Shown here: positions 1 to 12,430 of the stretch, piece by piece
How positions within the stretch are numbered: position 1 is the stretch's first letter
Layout of the letters: the number at the start of each line of letters is the position of its first letter
From: Felis catus
Taxonomy: Eukaryota
Direction of reading: 5' to 3'
Length of the DNA: 64,000 nt
NCBI RefSeq assembly: GCF_018350175.1
Contig: NC_058368.1
Coordinates: 4,526,001 to 4,590,000 of the forward strand
The notes under the pieces: model-generated
Database searches by the model: none
What the model was told of the DNA's origin: nothing
Seen by the model: only the letters and a program-made list of their open reading frames with translations
Made by a program: the position numbers and the translations under genes

Positions 1-885
1 TTCCCAGGGCCTCCGCACCCCACCTCCGAACAGCCCCCCGCCGCAGCCACTGCGGCCAGGCTGCCCGCTCGCGGTCCTCCGCCCTGCCCACGGCTGTGTG
101 GTGTCCCACCCCGCAGTTCCTACTTGTCTGTGCCCAGCACGACACGCCTCAACTCCCGTGTCCCAGAAGTCTAGAAGGTTTTCCCCACCCACCTGTTAAT
201 TCTTGGAGACTCAGCGCCCTGCAGGCAGTTCTGACGCCCCAAGACCAGTTCCGTCAGCTGGTTCTCAGAAATCCCCACGCCCACGTCTGTCCTTCCACAC
301 GCCCACTGCAGTCACCCCTCCCCAGCACCACCTCGCCCCTTGCGTGGCTTCTCCCGTTCTCCCCGCAAGGCCGCGCCCAGAGGCTTCGCCTTCATCAGGC
401 CCTGCCCCCTGCAGCCTGACCTTCACCGACCTCTGAAGCTTCTCTCTTGGAACCTTCTGCTCTGGCCAAACAGGCCTTTCACCAAGTCCCAAACAGACCC
501 AGTGCACTCGTGGGGCGGATGCTCCCCACTGCGTGGCCACCACGGCATTATCTTCAACCACTTAAAATCAACCTACCCGAGGACCAGCTTCCGTTCTGCT
601 GCCTCTGTATAGCCACTGGGGTCAGTACCCAGCAAGCGCTACCTGAGGAGCTGGCTTTGTCACTGCTATTATTGTTACCATAATTGTGTCCGTTTGGGCT
701 GGGAATAAAGTCTCCTTCCTCTGAAATCTGTTAGTATTGATCAGGGGCACTGAATCCTCAGTTATTAAGCTCACGCCATCATCACAAGACTGTTCTGAGG
801 TACTTACAGCGTTCCACGCAGGGGTCTGAGAACTGCACACCTCGGTCTGAACCTACACCTGCTCCTTACTAACGTGTGACCTTGA

Positions 886-1089
886 GGGGCGCCTGGGTGG
901 CTCAGTCGGTCGAGCGTCCGACTTCCGCTCAGGTCGTGATCTCGTGGTTTGTGAGTTCAAGCCCCGCGTTGCGCTCTGTGCTGACCGCTCGGAGCCGCTT
1001 CGGATTCTGTGTCTCCCTCTCTCTCTGCCCTCTCCCCTGCTCATGCTTTCTCTCTCTTTCAAAAATAAACAAACATCAAAAAAAAAAAA
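886..1089 (+). mobile_element. Carnivore SINE (SINEC) inserted in a MIR
   Basis: ggggcgcctgggtggctcagtcgg head, CT tract, A tail; TSD aacgtgtgaccttg (871-884 / 1090-1103). Confidence 0.92.
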
Positions 1090-1509
1090 AACGTGTGACC
1101 TTGGGTCACTTGCTCTCTGGGCTAGTTTCTGCATCTGGAAAATGGGCAAAATAATCAATCCTACCACGTCATAGCAGTACAGAAGCTAACACAAGAAAAC
1201 CCTGAAAAGAGTGATTAACATATAATAGTTACTATGAGAGGGACTATGAGAAATTACTCCAAATACAACCCCCTAACTCCAAACTGCATAAAAGTGGGAA
1301 GATTCTAAAATCTTGAGGTATGTAGGTAAAGATTAACCATATAAACCAAGCAACTTAATTTACAACTGACATCTCCATTCCATAGGCAATTAATCCAGCA
1401 AACAAAGCAAGAAACAAAACAGAACAAAAAAGGACTCCTTTCTAGATTGGAGAAACATTTCAAAATTATTTGACCGGATGTGATTAATAAGACGTAACAG
1501 GTGACATAC

Positions 1510-1689
1510 ATGTTGCAGAAAGCAGGATCCTATTTCACTTAAATGAGGTTCCTCTTTATTGTACTGTTTCTCAAGGTCTTTCAGGAACTTTCTTTGGAAT
1601 TTGTAAATATCTTCAATGTTTCCAAAAATGGTGGCTAGTTGCGCAACAGTGAACATTCCCGTGTGTTTGCGACACTGTCGGATATAGCC
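1510..1689 (-). CDS. SPATA13: SPATA13 coding exon, 180 bp, DH (RhoGEF) domain (GYIRQCRKHTGMF...IFGNIEDIYKFQ...EIGSCFLQH)
   Basis: Acceptor tttcgcag|GGC and donor CAT|gtatgt; 60 codons; DH motif IFGNIEDIY. Confidence 0.96.
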
Positions 1690-2449
1690 CTGCGAAACAG
1701 AGAAGTAAACTTTTAAAAATTAATTTGGAGATTCACAGAAATTATTTGAATAATACAGTGTTTTGGGCCCAAAGCCATTATCTTGGAGTAGATTTTAATT
1801 AGAGAAAATTATTTTACCCTATGGGTCCCTGATGGGGTAATCACACTTCCGCGACTGCAGTGTGCTATGAATATTTTTAAAAGAAAAGAGAACAACAGGC
1901 GCATGTGGTTGGATTTAGGAGGCAAGAAACTATATAAAGTTTTCAGATTATACTCATAAAGCAAAGTTGCAGGGTTTCAAACATGAGGGCTCAAACATTG
2001 GGACTGTCATACTTTTTCTAAACTCTTACGATAATCATTCTCCCATCCCTAATTTCATTTCACAGCTGAGAAGACCTGTCAAATACAGAATGCCACAGCT
2101 TGGTGAACGGCTCATGCAGCCGGCTCACTGTCATGGCAAAGAGCCAAGGACATCTTACCCAAGGATTCCACCATTTCCTACTTTCTATGTAGAGCACAGA
2201 TCTGCAGATCTTTAATCCGAGGCCTGCCCCGATTACAGCCCTACTCATTCTCTACGTACAACACCCTAGTTGTACCATGGCTTGGGTAGAAGTTAGTGTG
2301 GAAGGAAGGAAAGGCCATAAATGTGTGTAATAATTATCCCCAAATCAGCATCATGTAATAACACAGCCTAAGCGGACTACATGATAAAATACATACTGCT
2401 GCCCACTTGGTCTGAACTTTAACACAAAGACAATGTAAAGGTTCAAGAT

Positions 2450-2590
2450 ACAGGCTGTAGGGCAGACCCATCTGATTTAAATCCTAACCCCACCACTTTA
2501 CTTTCTCTGTGCCTCAGTTTCCTCATCTGTAATAGGAGGCGTAGTAGGACCTGCCCGGTGAGTGTTTGTAGGAATTCATCCAGGTCAAAG
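2450..2590 (+). mobile_element. MIR fragment (one of many)
   Basis: MIR core ctctgtgcctcagtttcctcatctgtaa. Confidence 0.7.
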
Positions 2591-3133
2591 GAAGGCACAA
2601 AGTCAAAGCTCGACAATTATTAAGACATGACTTATTTTCCTAAAATGGCACTTTAAAAAAACTCCCGTAACTTCTAGGGAACAGATGGTTAAAGCTAAAC
2701 ATCGCTCAGTCTTTCTCTGGCCAGCTAATCCAATCACTGGGCACTTGTCTCCCTTGTGTTTGTCTTTAGTGCTAAATGTTCACAGCTGAACTGAGAGTGC
2801 AGCACTCAGCATTCAGGGCCAGGCCAGCGGGAACGAGATGGGGCCAACACCAGTGGAGCGTAATGGTCATACAAAATCCACAAAAACACAGAGGATCGTG
2901 GGAGACACAGAATTTATCACACAGTAGTTACCATGACACTGCAGAATATGGCTTTGAAAATCACTAGATAAAACCAATTTTTTTTTTTTTTTTGGTCTGC
3001 ATCTGACTGACTGAGAACCTAATCTGTGAGACAGCGATTAGATGTAGCGGGATTGTAAATAGTGACGCACATTTGCGGAATCGTGTGGGTTTCACCCGAC
3101 GGGTGTTGCCTCCTCTGAAAGTCATTCACTCTG

Positions 3134-3283
3134 GGGGCGCCTGGGTGGCTCAGTCGGTTGAGCGTCCTACTCTGATTTCAGCCCAGGTCCCGATCCCAGG
3201 GTTGTGAGATCGAGCCCCGCGTCGGGCTCCGTGCTGAGCACAGAGCCTGCTTAAGAGATTCTCTGTGCCCCTCTCCCTGCTTG

Positions 3284-3314
<31 letters not shown>

Positions 3315-3355
3315 AAATAAGTAAATAGATAGATAAATAAATAAAATTAAAAGGC
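3134..3355 (+). mobile_element. Carnivore SINE (older subfamily)
   Basis: SINEC head, (CT)n, AT-rich tail; degenerate TSD gaaagtcattcactctg / gaaaatcattcgctctg. Confidence 0.88.
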
Positions 3356-3614
3356 AGAAAATCATTCGCTCTGAATAACCTCAGGATGTCAGTCCTGAGA
3401 GTGTAGGAAAGAAAGCTGACTACAGCAGGGGGCCACTGATGCTCAACAAGGCAGACAAGTATTTAATGAGGGTGCAGTCCGTGCAGGGGCCGCACGGACA
3501 GACGGGAGGAAAAGTGAGGGCTACAGAGAAGTGTGTCTGACTGGGGACAGAAGAAAACCACACGGGCATATCCCACAGACAAGCTGGGGGAGGCCGCGGG
3601 GTCCGGGGTCTTAC

Positions 3615-3800
3615 CTCACAGATGTCCTTGAGGTGCTTGATGTACACCCGCTCAGTGTTCATGATCTCCTGGATGACATTGGTCCTCATCTGGTGCTTGC
3701 TCTCCAAGTGTCTGTGGTGGTTCTTGCCGGCATCCTCCTCCTGCTCCTCACCCTGGGTGCTGCTGGAATTCTCCGACAGCTCTTCCTGATTGACACGCAA
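3615..3800 (-). CDS. SPATA13: SPATA13 coding exon, 186 bp, SH3-DH linker and DH start ([10 protein letters not shown]...[25 protein letters not shown])
   Basis: Acceptor ccgcag|TTG and donor GAG|gtaaga; 62 codons; DH conserved region 1 (R.NVI.EI..TE..Y). Confidence 0.96.
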
Positions 3801-4068
3801 CTGCGGGCCACACACAGGTGACAGGTGACTCGGGGGGAGGCGGCGCCAGAAGCAGGCAGAAGGTCCCCCCCACCCCAGGTTTCCACTTCTCCACAGCTGG
3901 TTAGGAAGGCAGCCTGGTCCTAGGCTACGTCTTCATGTACTTGGCAGGGCCACGGCTGGGCCGGAGGCTCAAACCATGGCAGCAATGCCACAGTTAGTTG
4001 ACCATGGTTGAAATTTTTCCTTCAACCCATCTAATTTCTGAAAGGTTTCATTAAAATGATTACAAAGA

Positions 4069-4295
4069 GGGGCGCCTGGGTGGCTCAGTCAGTTAAGTGT
4101 CCGACTGCAGCTCAGATCATGATCTTCGTGGTCCGTGAGTTCGGGCCCCACACCGGGCTCTGTGCTGACAGCTCGGAGCCTGGAGCCTGCTTCGGATTCT
4201 GTCTCCCTCTCTCTCTGCCCCTCCCCCACTCACGCTCGCTCACTCACTCTCAAAAATAAACAAACATTTAAAAAATTAAAAAATAAGTAAAATAA
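4069..4295 (+). mobile_element. Carnivore SINE in the short SH3-DH intron
   Basis: SINEC head, CT tract and A-rich tail. Confidence 0.9.
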
Positions 4296-4397
4296 CGTCA
4301 CGACAAAAAACTGAGCCTGTAGAGAGCGGGCTTGAGCTGGACGCAGCTCTGCCGCCCCCCACAGGCAGCTGTGGGAAGGGGAAAGCGCCACACTTAC

Positions 4398-4577
4398 TCT
4401 GACAAAGCTTGCGGGGAACCAGGCTTCCTTGTCTTCACTCCGGCCCCACCACCAGTCCTTGTTAGAGGCTTCCAGAACCTGGATGACATCTCCTGCCTTG
4501 AAGCCCAGTTCCTGGTCGTCCATGGTCACGTGGTCCCATAGGGCCTCTGCGCAGACCACACTGCCATCGCTGATCAG
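4398..4577 (-). CDS. SPATA13: SPATA13 coding exon, 180 bp, SH3 domain ([30 protein letters not shown]...WWWG...AWFPASFVR)
   Basis: Acceptor ttgcag|CTG and donor AGA|gtaagt; 60 codons; SH3 signature ALWDH/ELGF/WW/WFP..FV. Confidence 0.97.
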
Positions 4578-5720
4578 CTGCAATGGGGACACGTGCTTAG
4601 CGCAAACTGCGGCGGACAGATGAGGGGACACAGACATCTTCCGCTGCTTCTCTGTACATACTGCTGACTCCAGGTCAGTCCTTAGTGCTTGAGTGTTGTA
4701 CAGAATGAGTTTCCTTATCAGGGAAAATCAGGTGGGTGTCTCTCATATGTTCCTAAAGGAAACCCCGTATCTATTTTTTTTTTCCCAAGGAAGTATTAAA
4801 ACGGCTCACTTACCTGTACATCAGTTATCTAACAAATATGAATTACGGAATTTTCAGCCCCCAAGCAATTATCTGTTTCTGAGCAAACTAGATAACACAG
4901 AACCAAGCCTCCAATGGTTACGTATATACATTATAGTAAGACACTCACAGGTTCACCTAGAGATTACTCTCCATACTTCATTCATGGTCTGAATAAACTT
5001 TAATCTAACTTGATAGTCTACTACAATTAAAGAGGACACAGCGTGGTCTCCAGATATTTAACAGCTAATTTAAAAAGCCAGGAACAGACACAGCTCATCT
5101 GTTAGTCGGCCATAGGGGCAGGTGGCTGTGGGTCCTCTCAGCTCCCAGGGACACTGTCATCTTCTACAGCAACAACCGGTATTACTAATGGAGACGCTAA
5201 CTCATTGAGAAGTGACATTCCATGCACTCTGGTCAACAACTCCCAAAGCCAGGGGTGTCTTCTAGAAAGAGTTCCATAAAAGGAGCTGCAGATGCCCAGT
5301 GGTGGAAAGAACACCAAATGTGTAGTAAGAAATACGTGGCTAATTTCAGGTCTGCCATTTGCTAGCAAGCGTTGCGGCCTCTTAGTCTCTGAGTGTGTAT
5401 TAAAATACGGGTAGTAATTATAACATCTACCTCTGCGATCGGCTGTGAGATCTTTCTGGGATAACGTAAGGAAGAGCATTTCCGAACAGCACTATCCAAA
5501 CACTGATGACTGCCGCCCTTATGACTTAGAGCAACATGAGAGCTCTGGTTATCTAGAAAACTTAGTCACATACGTTGTCTTTGAAAATGCCACGATATCA
5601 GAGTTCTAGGTCTGGGAATAGGTTTAGCGAGAAAGAATCAAGAGGGCCAAGTCTGAAGTGACCGTATACCCTGAGAGTCGGGTCTCCAAGACCCGCCATT
5701 GTTGTGTGCGATTCCAGTAC

Positions 5721-5857
5721 CTCGTTGATGGCCAGCTGTTCCCCGCCCGGCTGGAGGTATCTGGGGTTGGCCTGACAGATGTCTTCATAGCTGTAATCCT
5801 CCTCGCTGCCGTTGTCATCCACTAAGGCAGAGGACTCGGTACCTCCATCTGAAGAGA
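5721..5857 (-). CDS. SPATA13: SPATA13 coding exon, 137 bp, phase 1/0, APC-binding region (VSSDGGTESSALVDDNGSEED...PGGEQLAINE)
   Basis: Acceptor tttctcag|TC and donor GAG|gtactg. GGEQLAINE(LISD) is the core APC-binding segment of Asef proteins. Confidence 0.95.
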
Positions 5858-6779
5858 CTGAGAAAGAAATGGCACGGTTTACGGTTTAAAAAACACGGCG
5901 AAGGCAAACTAAATGACCTCTGAGAACAGTACTCCCAAGGGGAAGTAATCATTTGCGTCTTCCCCAGAAAGAGAAATCATGAGAAGATGTGTATAGATCT
6001 ATTAATCCCCAAGTAGACGCCGTGCTAAGTAAGAGCTGAGGTCGAGGGTTACGGGAAGTGGGGATGAGAACGGCTCAGAGGGCACCGCCAACACTCGCAC
6101 ACGGCATTACTTTGCGGGTAAGGATGGTGAGTGAACTGTGTGTCATCTGGCTGGCAACTTGTGCTCCAAAGGAGACATAAAAAATATCAATAAAGTGTTC
6201 TGCCTCCGTCTTTCACCTGCAAGGCAGTGGTGCTACTAAAATCAAAAGGTGTTGATGGTGTCCTAAGTGGAGACCCGCAGTCGTTCTCTCCAAGTGCCTA
6301 CAATGTGAAAGGGCTCGAACTCATAACATCGGAGTGCGGAATTAGGTACCGCACCTTTGCCAAAAAAGAGAGAAAGACCTTTTAAGGAGGGTATAGCGCT
6401 TGGGACCGCCCACCTTGGCATTCAGACCACCCCCCCCCCCACTCCCCCGCAGTGAGGTAGTCTCCTGGTGGCTAATTAATCTGTCATCCAGCAGAGGGAA
6501 TCGTAGAGAGAGAACGTTCGTTGTGAAGAGAAGGGGAAAGACCTTGCGCCAGCAGCAGCCGCTCTTCAAGGTGGCTCTTGACCAGAGCAAAACGTGGCTG
6601 GATCTGAAGCACGTGGTACACGGACACCAGTCCCTCCGACAGAAGAGACTGGAAAAGTCAGGGAGGGGGAGCTTCGAGTGCTACGGTAGGCAGGGGGTGG
6701 CTCCTTCAGGATTCTGAGAAAGGAAGGGACAGGGGTCGAAGGGAGGCCCCGACACCACAGGCAGAGAACAGGTGTCCGA

Positions 6780-8620
6780 GTCCTACGGTCCGGTCCGAAT
6801 CGCAGCCCAGCCCCTCCACGGGCACGGGAGCCGGCAACTTACTCCTTGAGCTTCACCTCCCCCAGCTGTGCAAAGCGTTTTCTTTCTTTCTGGAGAATGA
6901 GGTGAGGGGATGCGTGTCAAGTGCCCAGCGTCCTTGATTCCCGGTCGGGCCTCACCAGGGAGGGTTTCGCCCTGACGGCGGCGCACGAGGCGGGAGCCGG
7001 GCCGGAGGAGGACGCTTGGCGACACTGGCGGAGGGAGGGGCCGGGAAATCCGCGGGGAGACGGTGGGGCTGGAGACAGCGGGGCGGAGCAGCCGCACCAG
7101 GGAACGGCGCGGGAAGGGCCACGAAGGGTGTGGTCTGCGGAGGCTGAGCCGACGACGACACTACGGAGCCACAGAGAGGATGAAGTCCGCGATGATCTGG
7201 CGGATCCCCCGTTGCCGGCGGAAGGACCAAGAAGGCAGAGTCCGAGAAGCCAGCGTGGTGCGAAGGGCGAAGGCCGGTTCGGGACGGCGGTGGGAGCGCG
7301 CCGTCTGCTCTGGCCTCGCCCAGGGACTCGCGAGTCTGGATTTCCGGTAACTACCCTCCGGGGGCAGGTCTTCTCTCTAAGCAACTGTTGGTCTGTCTGT
7401 TTTTTAACGAGATAGCTCCTGTTCCGTGCTTTGTGCCAAGTCTGCCGACTGGCGTCGCCTCCCACCGCCCGCGGCATTTCCGGGGCTCCACAGACCACCC
7501 GGCCGAGGCCACGGCCCGAGCGCGGCACACCAGGCCCCACGCTTCCCTCCCGCCACCTCGGCCACGCTGTCGCGGTGAACGACTTTTTGGCGGAAACACA
7601 CCTGGGGAACAGAGCCTCGAATTCTTACCCTAAACCAAAATAACTATGGAGAACGACTGGCAACGACGGGCACCGAGCCACACTGCGGAAGTTGGCCCCG
7701 GGGCACACCTCGCGCGCTGGGGTCTGAAGCTCTCCTCTCAGGGCACACGCGGGCCCGCGATCACGACGACGGATTCAGGCCAAGCGAAGGAAACTGGGGA
7801 GGCTCAGGGAGCGCGGGCGCAGATGGGGGCACGACGGAGGGCGAGCGGCCCCTCCTCCCTCGACGCCCACCCCCTGGCCCGGGTGCGGGACGCCGCGCCT
7901 CTCCACGACGCCCGACAGGCCGGGTCTCCACGGGGGCCGTGCTTTACGGCTGCCTTCTCACGGCCTGGGGTGCCCCCTCGGAACGCGGCAGCCCCCACGG
8001 CCCAGCTGCAGTCACCCCTTCTTCGAGCCCCGCTCGGCTTACTTTTACGGCAGCGGGTGCCTGGTGACTCGCGGCCACGGGGCGGCCTCTCCCTGTCCAG
8101 CCAGGACAGCGGGCGGGACGTGGCCTCCCCACGCCCGGGGCAGCGCACCGGGTGGCAGGGCGGGAGCTCCGAACGAGAGGGCGACTCTGCGGGCGACTCT
8201 GCGGCGAGTTGGCGCTCTGAGGCCGGGGGCGCCGCGCGCCGACCACCCTCTCCCACTCCGCTCCCCTCCCTGTCCTCATGCTCAGCCCCGGTTCGGGCGA
8301 AGCGGCGGCCTGTATCCGAGAGGGGGACGTGCAAGTGAGCGGCCTCGAGGGCGAACGGGTGTAGGGGCGGAGCGTCCCTGGACCCGCCCACCAAGTCCAG
8401 AAGCCCGGCGGACCCCTAGCTGGCCGCCCGGCTGACCCAGGTGAGGGGCGTGCGGGGCGTGCGGGGCGGCGGCCGGCGGCCCTGCGAGCGTGCGTCCGTC
8501 CCAGCGGGTGGCCACGCCACACAGCAGGACCTTCTGTCCCCGGCGCTTCTCTCTGGAGTGCAATGCTGGTGGTGCCGGGGGTGAGGGTGGGGATCTGGAT
8601 GCCGCGTGGTGACTTCTGCA
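6780..8620. promoter_or_regulatory. Intronic CpG island, probable alternative promoter
   Basis: Very GC- and CpG-dense by eye. GC boxes ggggcggag (~8364) and cccgccc (~8383), and repeated ggggcgtgc units (~8445-8465). Confidence 0.7.
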
Positions 8621-9162
8621 TCCCAGGCGGTGGTCAAAGGGCTTGCAGGCAGAGGACCTGGGGTCACTGGGTCTAGGGCACTTTCCCGGTGTGTGTATTT
8701 GGGGGGGGTGGGTGGAGGGAGAAAGTCTTAAGGAAGCAAACATAAACTTTATGCACACGCGTGAGTCTTTCTCATTAGACTACAGAAAACCACACTAAAG
8801 CTCCAAGCCGTCTCTACCCGGAGTCCTGGGAGCAGCCGCCAGACCATGACGCCCAACAACTACCTTCGGCAACGGCTGAAATGCTCCCATGCCCCTGGTA
8901 AGGAAGGAAGGTACGTGCGAGCCCTCGGTCTTCAAGGGGGCCAAAGCGGCAGGAGCTGCAGACTTCAGCGAACACTGACCCGCCACAGCCTGGCACCAAT
9001 GGCATTTCTCCCGGTCACATTTCGGCCGTGGCTCCTGAGCCAAAAGGAGTGAGATACAGTAAAATAAAGGTGCCTGGGCCTCCTGCCCACGGCAAAGCCC
9101 TGAAAACGACACTCTTGCCCTCAAAGACCCACTGAAGAATGTTTACCGGGGAGAATTCTTAC

Positions 9163-9184
9163 CGTCTGATCTGGCTATTGCCAT
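9163..9184 (-). CDS. SPATA13: Candidate tiny SPATA13 exon: either first exon MAIARSD (9184-9163) or 12-nt microexon (9174-9163)
   Basis: Minus strand reads ...gcttttttcccctcttactgattttt ATG GCA ATA GCC AGA TCA GAC G|gtaaga. The donor is strong, and both readings are in frame with the phase-1 acceptor at 5857. Confidence 0.45.
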
Positions 9185-9719
9185 AAAAATCAGTAAGAGG
9201 GGAAAAAAGCAACAACAAAGGCCAATCAATGGTGGTTATGTACAAATGCACAATTTACAGGAGTCTAGTGGGAAAGGGATCCCGTCGAAAGAATGCTGAA
9301 CTTCCCCAAGAGGTAGCGGAATAAAGTGGTCTGGACACAGGTAAGGACCTTCATCCACTGAATGATCTCTGGGTTGCCATCGCAAACACTCAGAACACCA
9401 TCCTGACTGAGGGGCACCATGAGAAAGATTTCAACAGTGACAGTGTCACCAGCATGGGTTGGTGTTTACTAATCACTGTGGAAACAAGATGGTGCTAGGC
9501 ACTGGGGTCAGCTGACTCAGACTTCCAGGGGTAAGTGGGGTATGCCAGGAGGCCTGTGGCAGGAGGGAAAGCCTGAGGGGTGTGGAGCGAAAATATCTGG
9601 GCGAATGAAGGTCCTAGCTTTACTAACCGTCGAGCTCAATGACCTTTGAGCCACTCGTTTACCCTCTTCCAACCTCAGTTTTCTCATCCGTACAATGGGA
9701 GTAAGTTTTTACATGTCAT

Positions 9720-10367
9720 GTCTCCAGAGGCGTTCTTGCTCTTCTGCCTCACACATCCCCTGTCCAGCTCCTCAGCAAACCGCGACTCTCGCTTCGGAAA
9801 GCATCCAGAACCTGCTCAGTTCCCACTGCTCTCCCGCGAGCTCACTCCAGCAGCCCCTCGCCACGTGCTAGGATTCTCACCAAAGAAGCCACAACATCCT
9901 GTCACTCCACTGCTCCAAGCCGTCGGGGGAAAGCCCAAGTCCCCGAAGATGGCCTCCTACCCCAAACGCACTCTGCGCCTCCCAGCCCTGTCACCGGCTG
10001 TGGCTCTGCTGGCTGCCCGCTTCGTAGCCAGGGTCTCCCTCCTCGGGGTTTGCTGTTCCCTGCACCTGGCATCCTCACGCAAGCACTCAGGCAAGTCCTT
10101 CCCTGACCGGCGCACTCAAAACCTCCACTCTCTCCAGCCCCGATCTGCTTTCCCGATTCATTTTTCTGCACAGCATTTCTCACCATCTAACACACTTTGT
10201 CTGCTGTCTGTGTCTCCAACTAAAACATAAGCTATGTGAAGGCAGTGATTTTGTCTGCTTTGTTCTGAACTGTATTTCTAGTATCTGGACCACTGCCTGG
10301 CACACACAGGCACTCACTAAGTATTCGCTGGATGGACGGACGGACAGACGGACGGATGGATGGATGG
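9720..10367 (+). mobile_element. LINE-2 3' fragment
   Basis: Typical L2 end: taagctatgtgaaggcagtgattttgtctgctttgttc...tgcctggcacacacaggcactcactaagtatt, then (TGGA/CGGA)n. Left boundary approximate. Confidence 0.7.
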
Positions 10368-11554
10368 AAATACACCAACATACAGTCTAAGAGCAGGCCT
10401 TTGGGTCAGACAGACTTGGCTTCAAGTAACAGTGCTGCGTAAAAATGATTTGGTTTCTTTTTTAATAGTTTCGAGTCCTTGGTAAAGTTTCTTTCTCGTT
10501 TTTTTCACCCACCCAAACGGTCGGAGAAAGACCGTAATACCCATCTCACAGGGTCGTTTGTCAATCCTCAACAAGTTGCTGTTATTACCTTGCTGTGAGC
10601 CTCAAGCGAAATGGTGATGTAGGAAAGCCTTCTGTAAACTGAAAAGTAACACAGAAGTACCAGGTTCTTCGCCTCGGCCTAAGTGAGGCCAGGCACGGGG
10701 TTATTGCTTGGCGGGACTCAGCTCATACAATCCTCATGGCGATGCTGTGTGGCAGGTACTAATCTCCCCAACTTCCAGACAAGCGAACTCAAGTGCCAAT
10801 ACGACATGGCGCGTGCAGTGGGGACCAAGCCAACGTCATCAGCTCCCACTCACTGGTGTTACCACCCCTGCCAGGACTACCTCTGTTATCAGTGACGAGA
10901 CAAAAATACTGGACAGATAGTAAAAATGGCTTCCCACCCCATGGCAAGGTTCACCCAGCCCCTGCTCCTCGTGACTACCTTTTCTTCCCACTCCTGATCC
11001 CAGTCCCCACCTGGGTCTGCAATGATCTGATTTTGTTTTATCCTTTTCCTTTCCTGACCCGCAAGTCCCTTCTAAGTCGATTGACTCCTGTTTCTGTCCT
11101 ATAATTTACGCACATCTTATGGAGTTGGATTTTTCAATGCCTGCTGTCCAGATGGGAGGGATTTTAGTCCTACAGTTCGATGCTGTATCTGTGCACACGT
11201 ACCGTATTTACATGTGTATTTCCCTTTGGAGACCCTAACTTCCTTTAGGGAAGGGACAGAGTCTATTTTTGAATCCCTAGCACCTAGCATAATACCTGGC
11301 AGAGAAAAGGCACTCAAAAATTGTTTAACTGAACTGCAATTTGCTGACAAGTAAACTAAGGTTCCAAGAACTTTTAACTATTTAACTGGGCTACCCGGAG
11401 TCGGGTCCGAAGCAGGGTACACACGCTGGGCTTCCTGATTTCCATCCCCACCAGCCATCCTGTGTATCACTTCCAAGAACAACTTCTTTTTTTGTTGGTA
11501 CCTTTTTTTCCTTCCTTCCTTCCTTCCTTCCTTCTTCTTTCTCTCTCTTTCTGT

Positions 11555-11998
11555 CTTTAATGTTTTATTTATTTATTTATTTAAAATTTTTTTTTTCAAC
11601 GTTTATTTATTTTTGGGACAGAGAGAGACAGAGCATGAACGGGGGAGGGGCAGAGAGAGAGGGAGGGAGACACAGAATCGGAAACAGGCTCCAGGCTCTG
11701 AGCCATCAGCCCAGAGCCCGACGCGGGGCTCGAACTCACGGACCGCGAGATCGTGACCTGGCTGAAGTCGGACGCCCAACCGACTGTGCCACCCAGGCGC
11801 CCCTGTTTTATTTATTTTTTGAGAGACAGAGCATGACCACAGGAGGAGCAGACAGAGAGGGAGGCACAGAATCCACGGGAGGCTCCAGGCTCTGAGCTGT
11901 CTGCACAGAGCCCGATGGGGGGCTCGAACTCACAAACTGTGAGATCATGACCCGAGCCGAAGTAGGATGCTTAACCGACTGAGCCACCCAGGCGCCCC
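11555..11998 (-). mobile_element. Two nested SINEs: a young copy (~11575-11803) in the tail of an older copy (~11804-11998)
   Basis: Two reverse heads ending caggcgcccc; repeated tgttttatttattt flanks the inner copy. Confidence 0.88.
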
Positions 11999-11999
11999 T

Positions 12000-12430
12000 C
12001 TTTCTTTAAGTATAGTCGACACACGATGTTACTTAAGTGCGAGGTGTGCAACAGCCATTCGACAACACCGTGCTGTGCTCGCACGTGTAGCTACCATCTG
12101 CTCCCACACAGCACTATCACAGCATCAGATATTCCTTATGCTGTACCTTTTATTCCCATGACTCACCCAAGGTAAACTCTGGAAGCACTGGTTTCATCAC
12201 GTTCACTAGAAACCACACAGGACTTAACAACTGCATCCTGACAAAACTCTCCCGTGATCTGGCCCCACTCTGCATAAGCCACCTCGTCTCTCACTGTGCA
12301 CCAAAGCCCACGGCCACCTCGCCGGGCGGGCCTGTGCACAGACAGGTCTGCGCCACCGCCCAAGTGGACCGCAGGTTTCTTCACGCTGCGGGAGCACCGC
12401 CTCACCAAGTGAACGTGGTCTCATTTAACT
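12000..12430 (-). mobile_element. LINE-1 3' UTR fragment
   Basis: gtagctaccatctg...tattccttatgctgtaccttttattcccatgact resembles reverse L1MA/L1-Carn 3' ends. Confidence 0.55.

Noticed and set aside
1..1509. Next DH exon (expected to begin QEGFAIYSEYCNNHP)
   Set aside because: Not found in the ORF track or by eye; it should lie left of the window. The GC-rich ORFs at 96-683 show no coding signature.
1510..5857. Assignment to paralogues ARHGEF4 (Asef1) or ARHGEF9 (collybistin)
   Set aside because: Diagnostic segments ([42 protein letters not shown]...DDNGSEED) match SPATA13 as I recall it.
6783..8758. Many overlapping 100-230 aa ORFs on both strands
   Set aside because: They are R/P/G/A-rich products of stop-poor CpG-island DNA with no recognisable domain.
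9646..10230. 194-aa plus-strand ORF
   Set aside because: It overlaps MIR and L2 remnants and has a non-ATG start.
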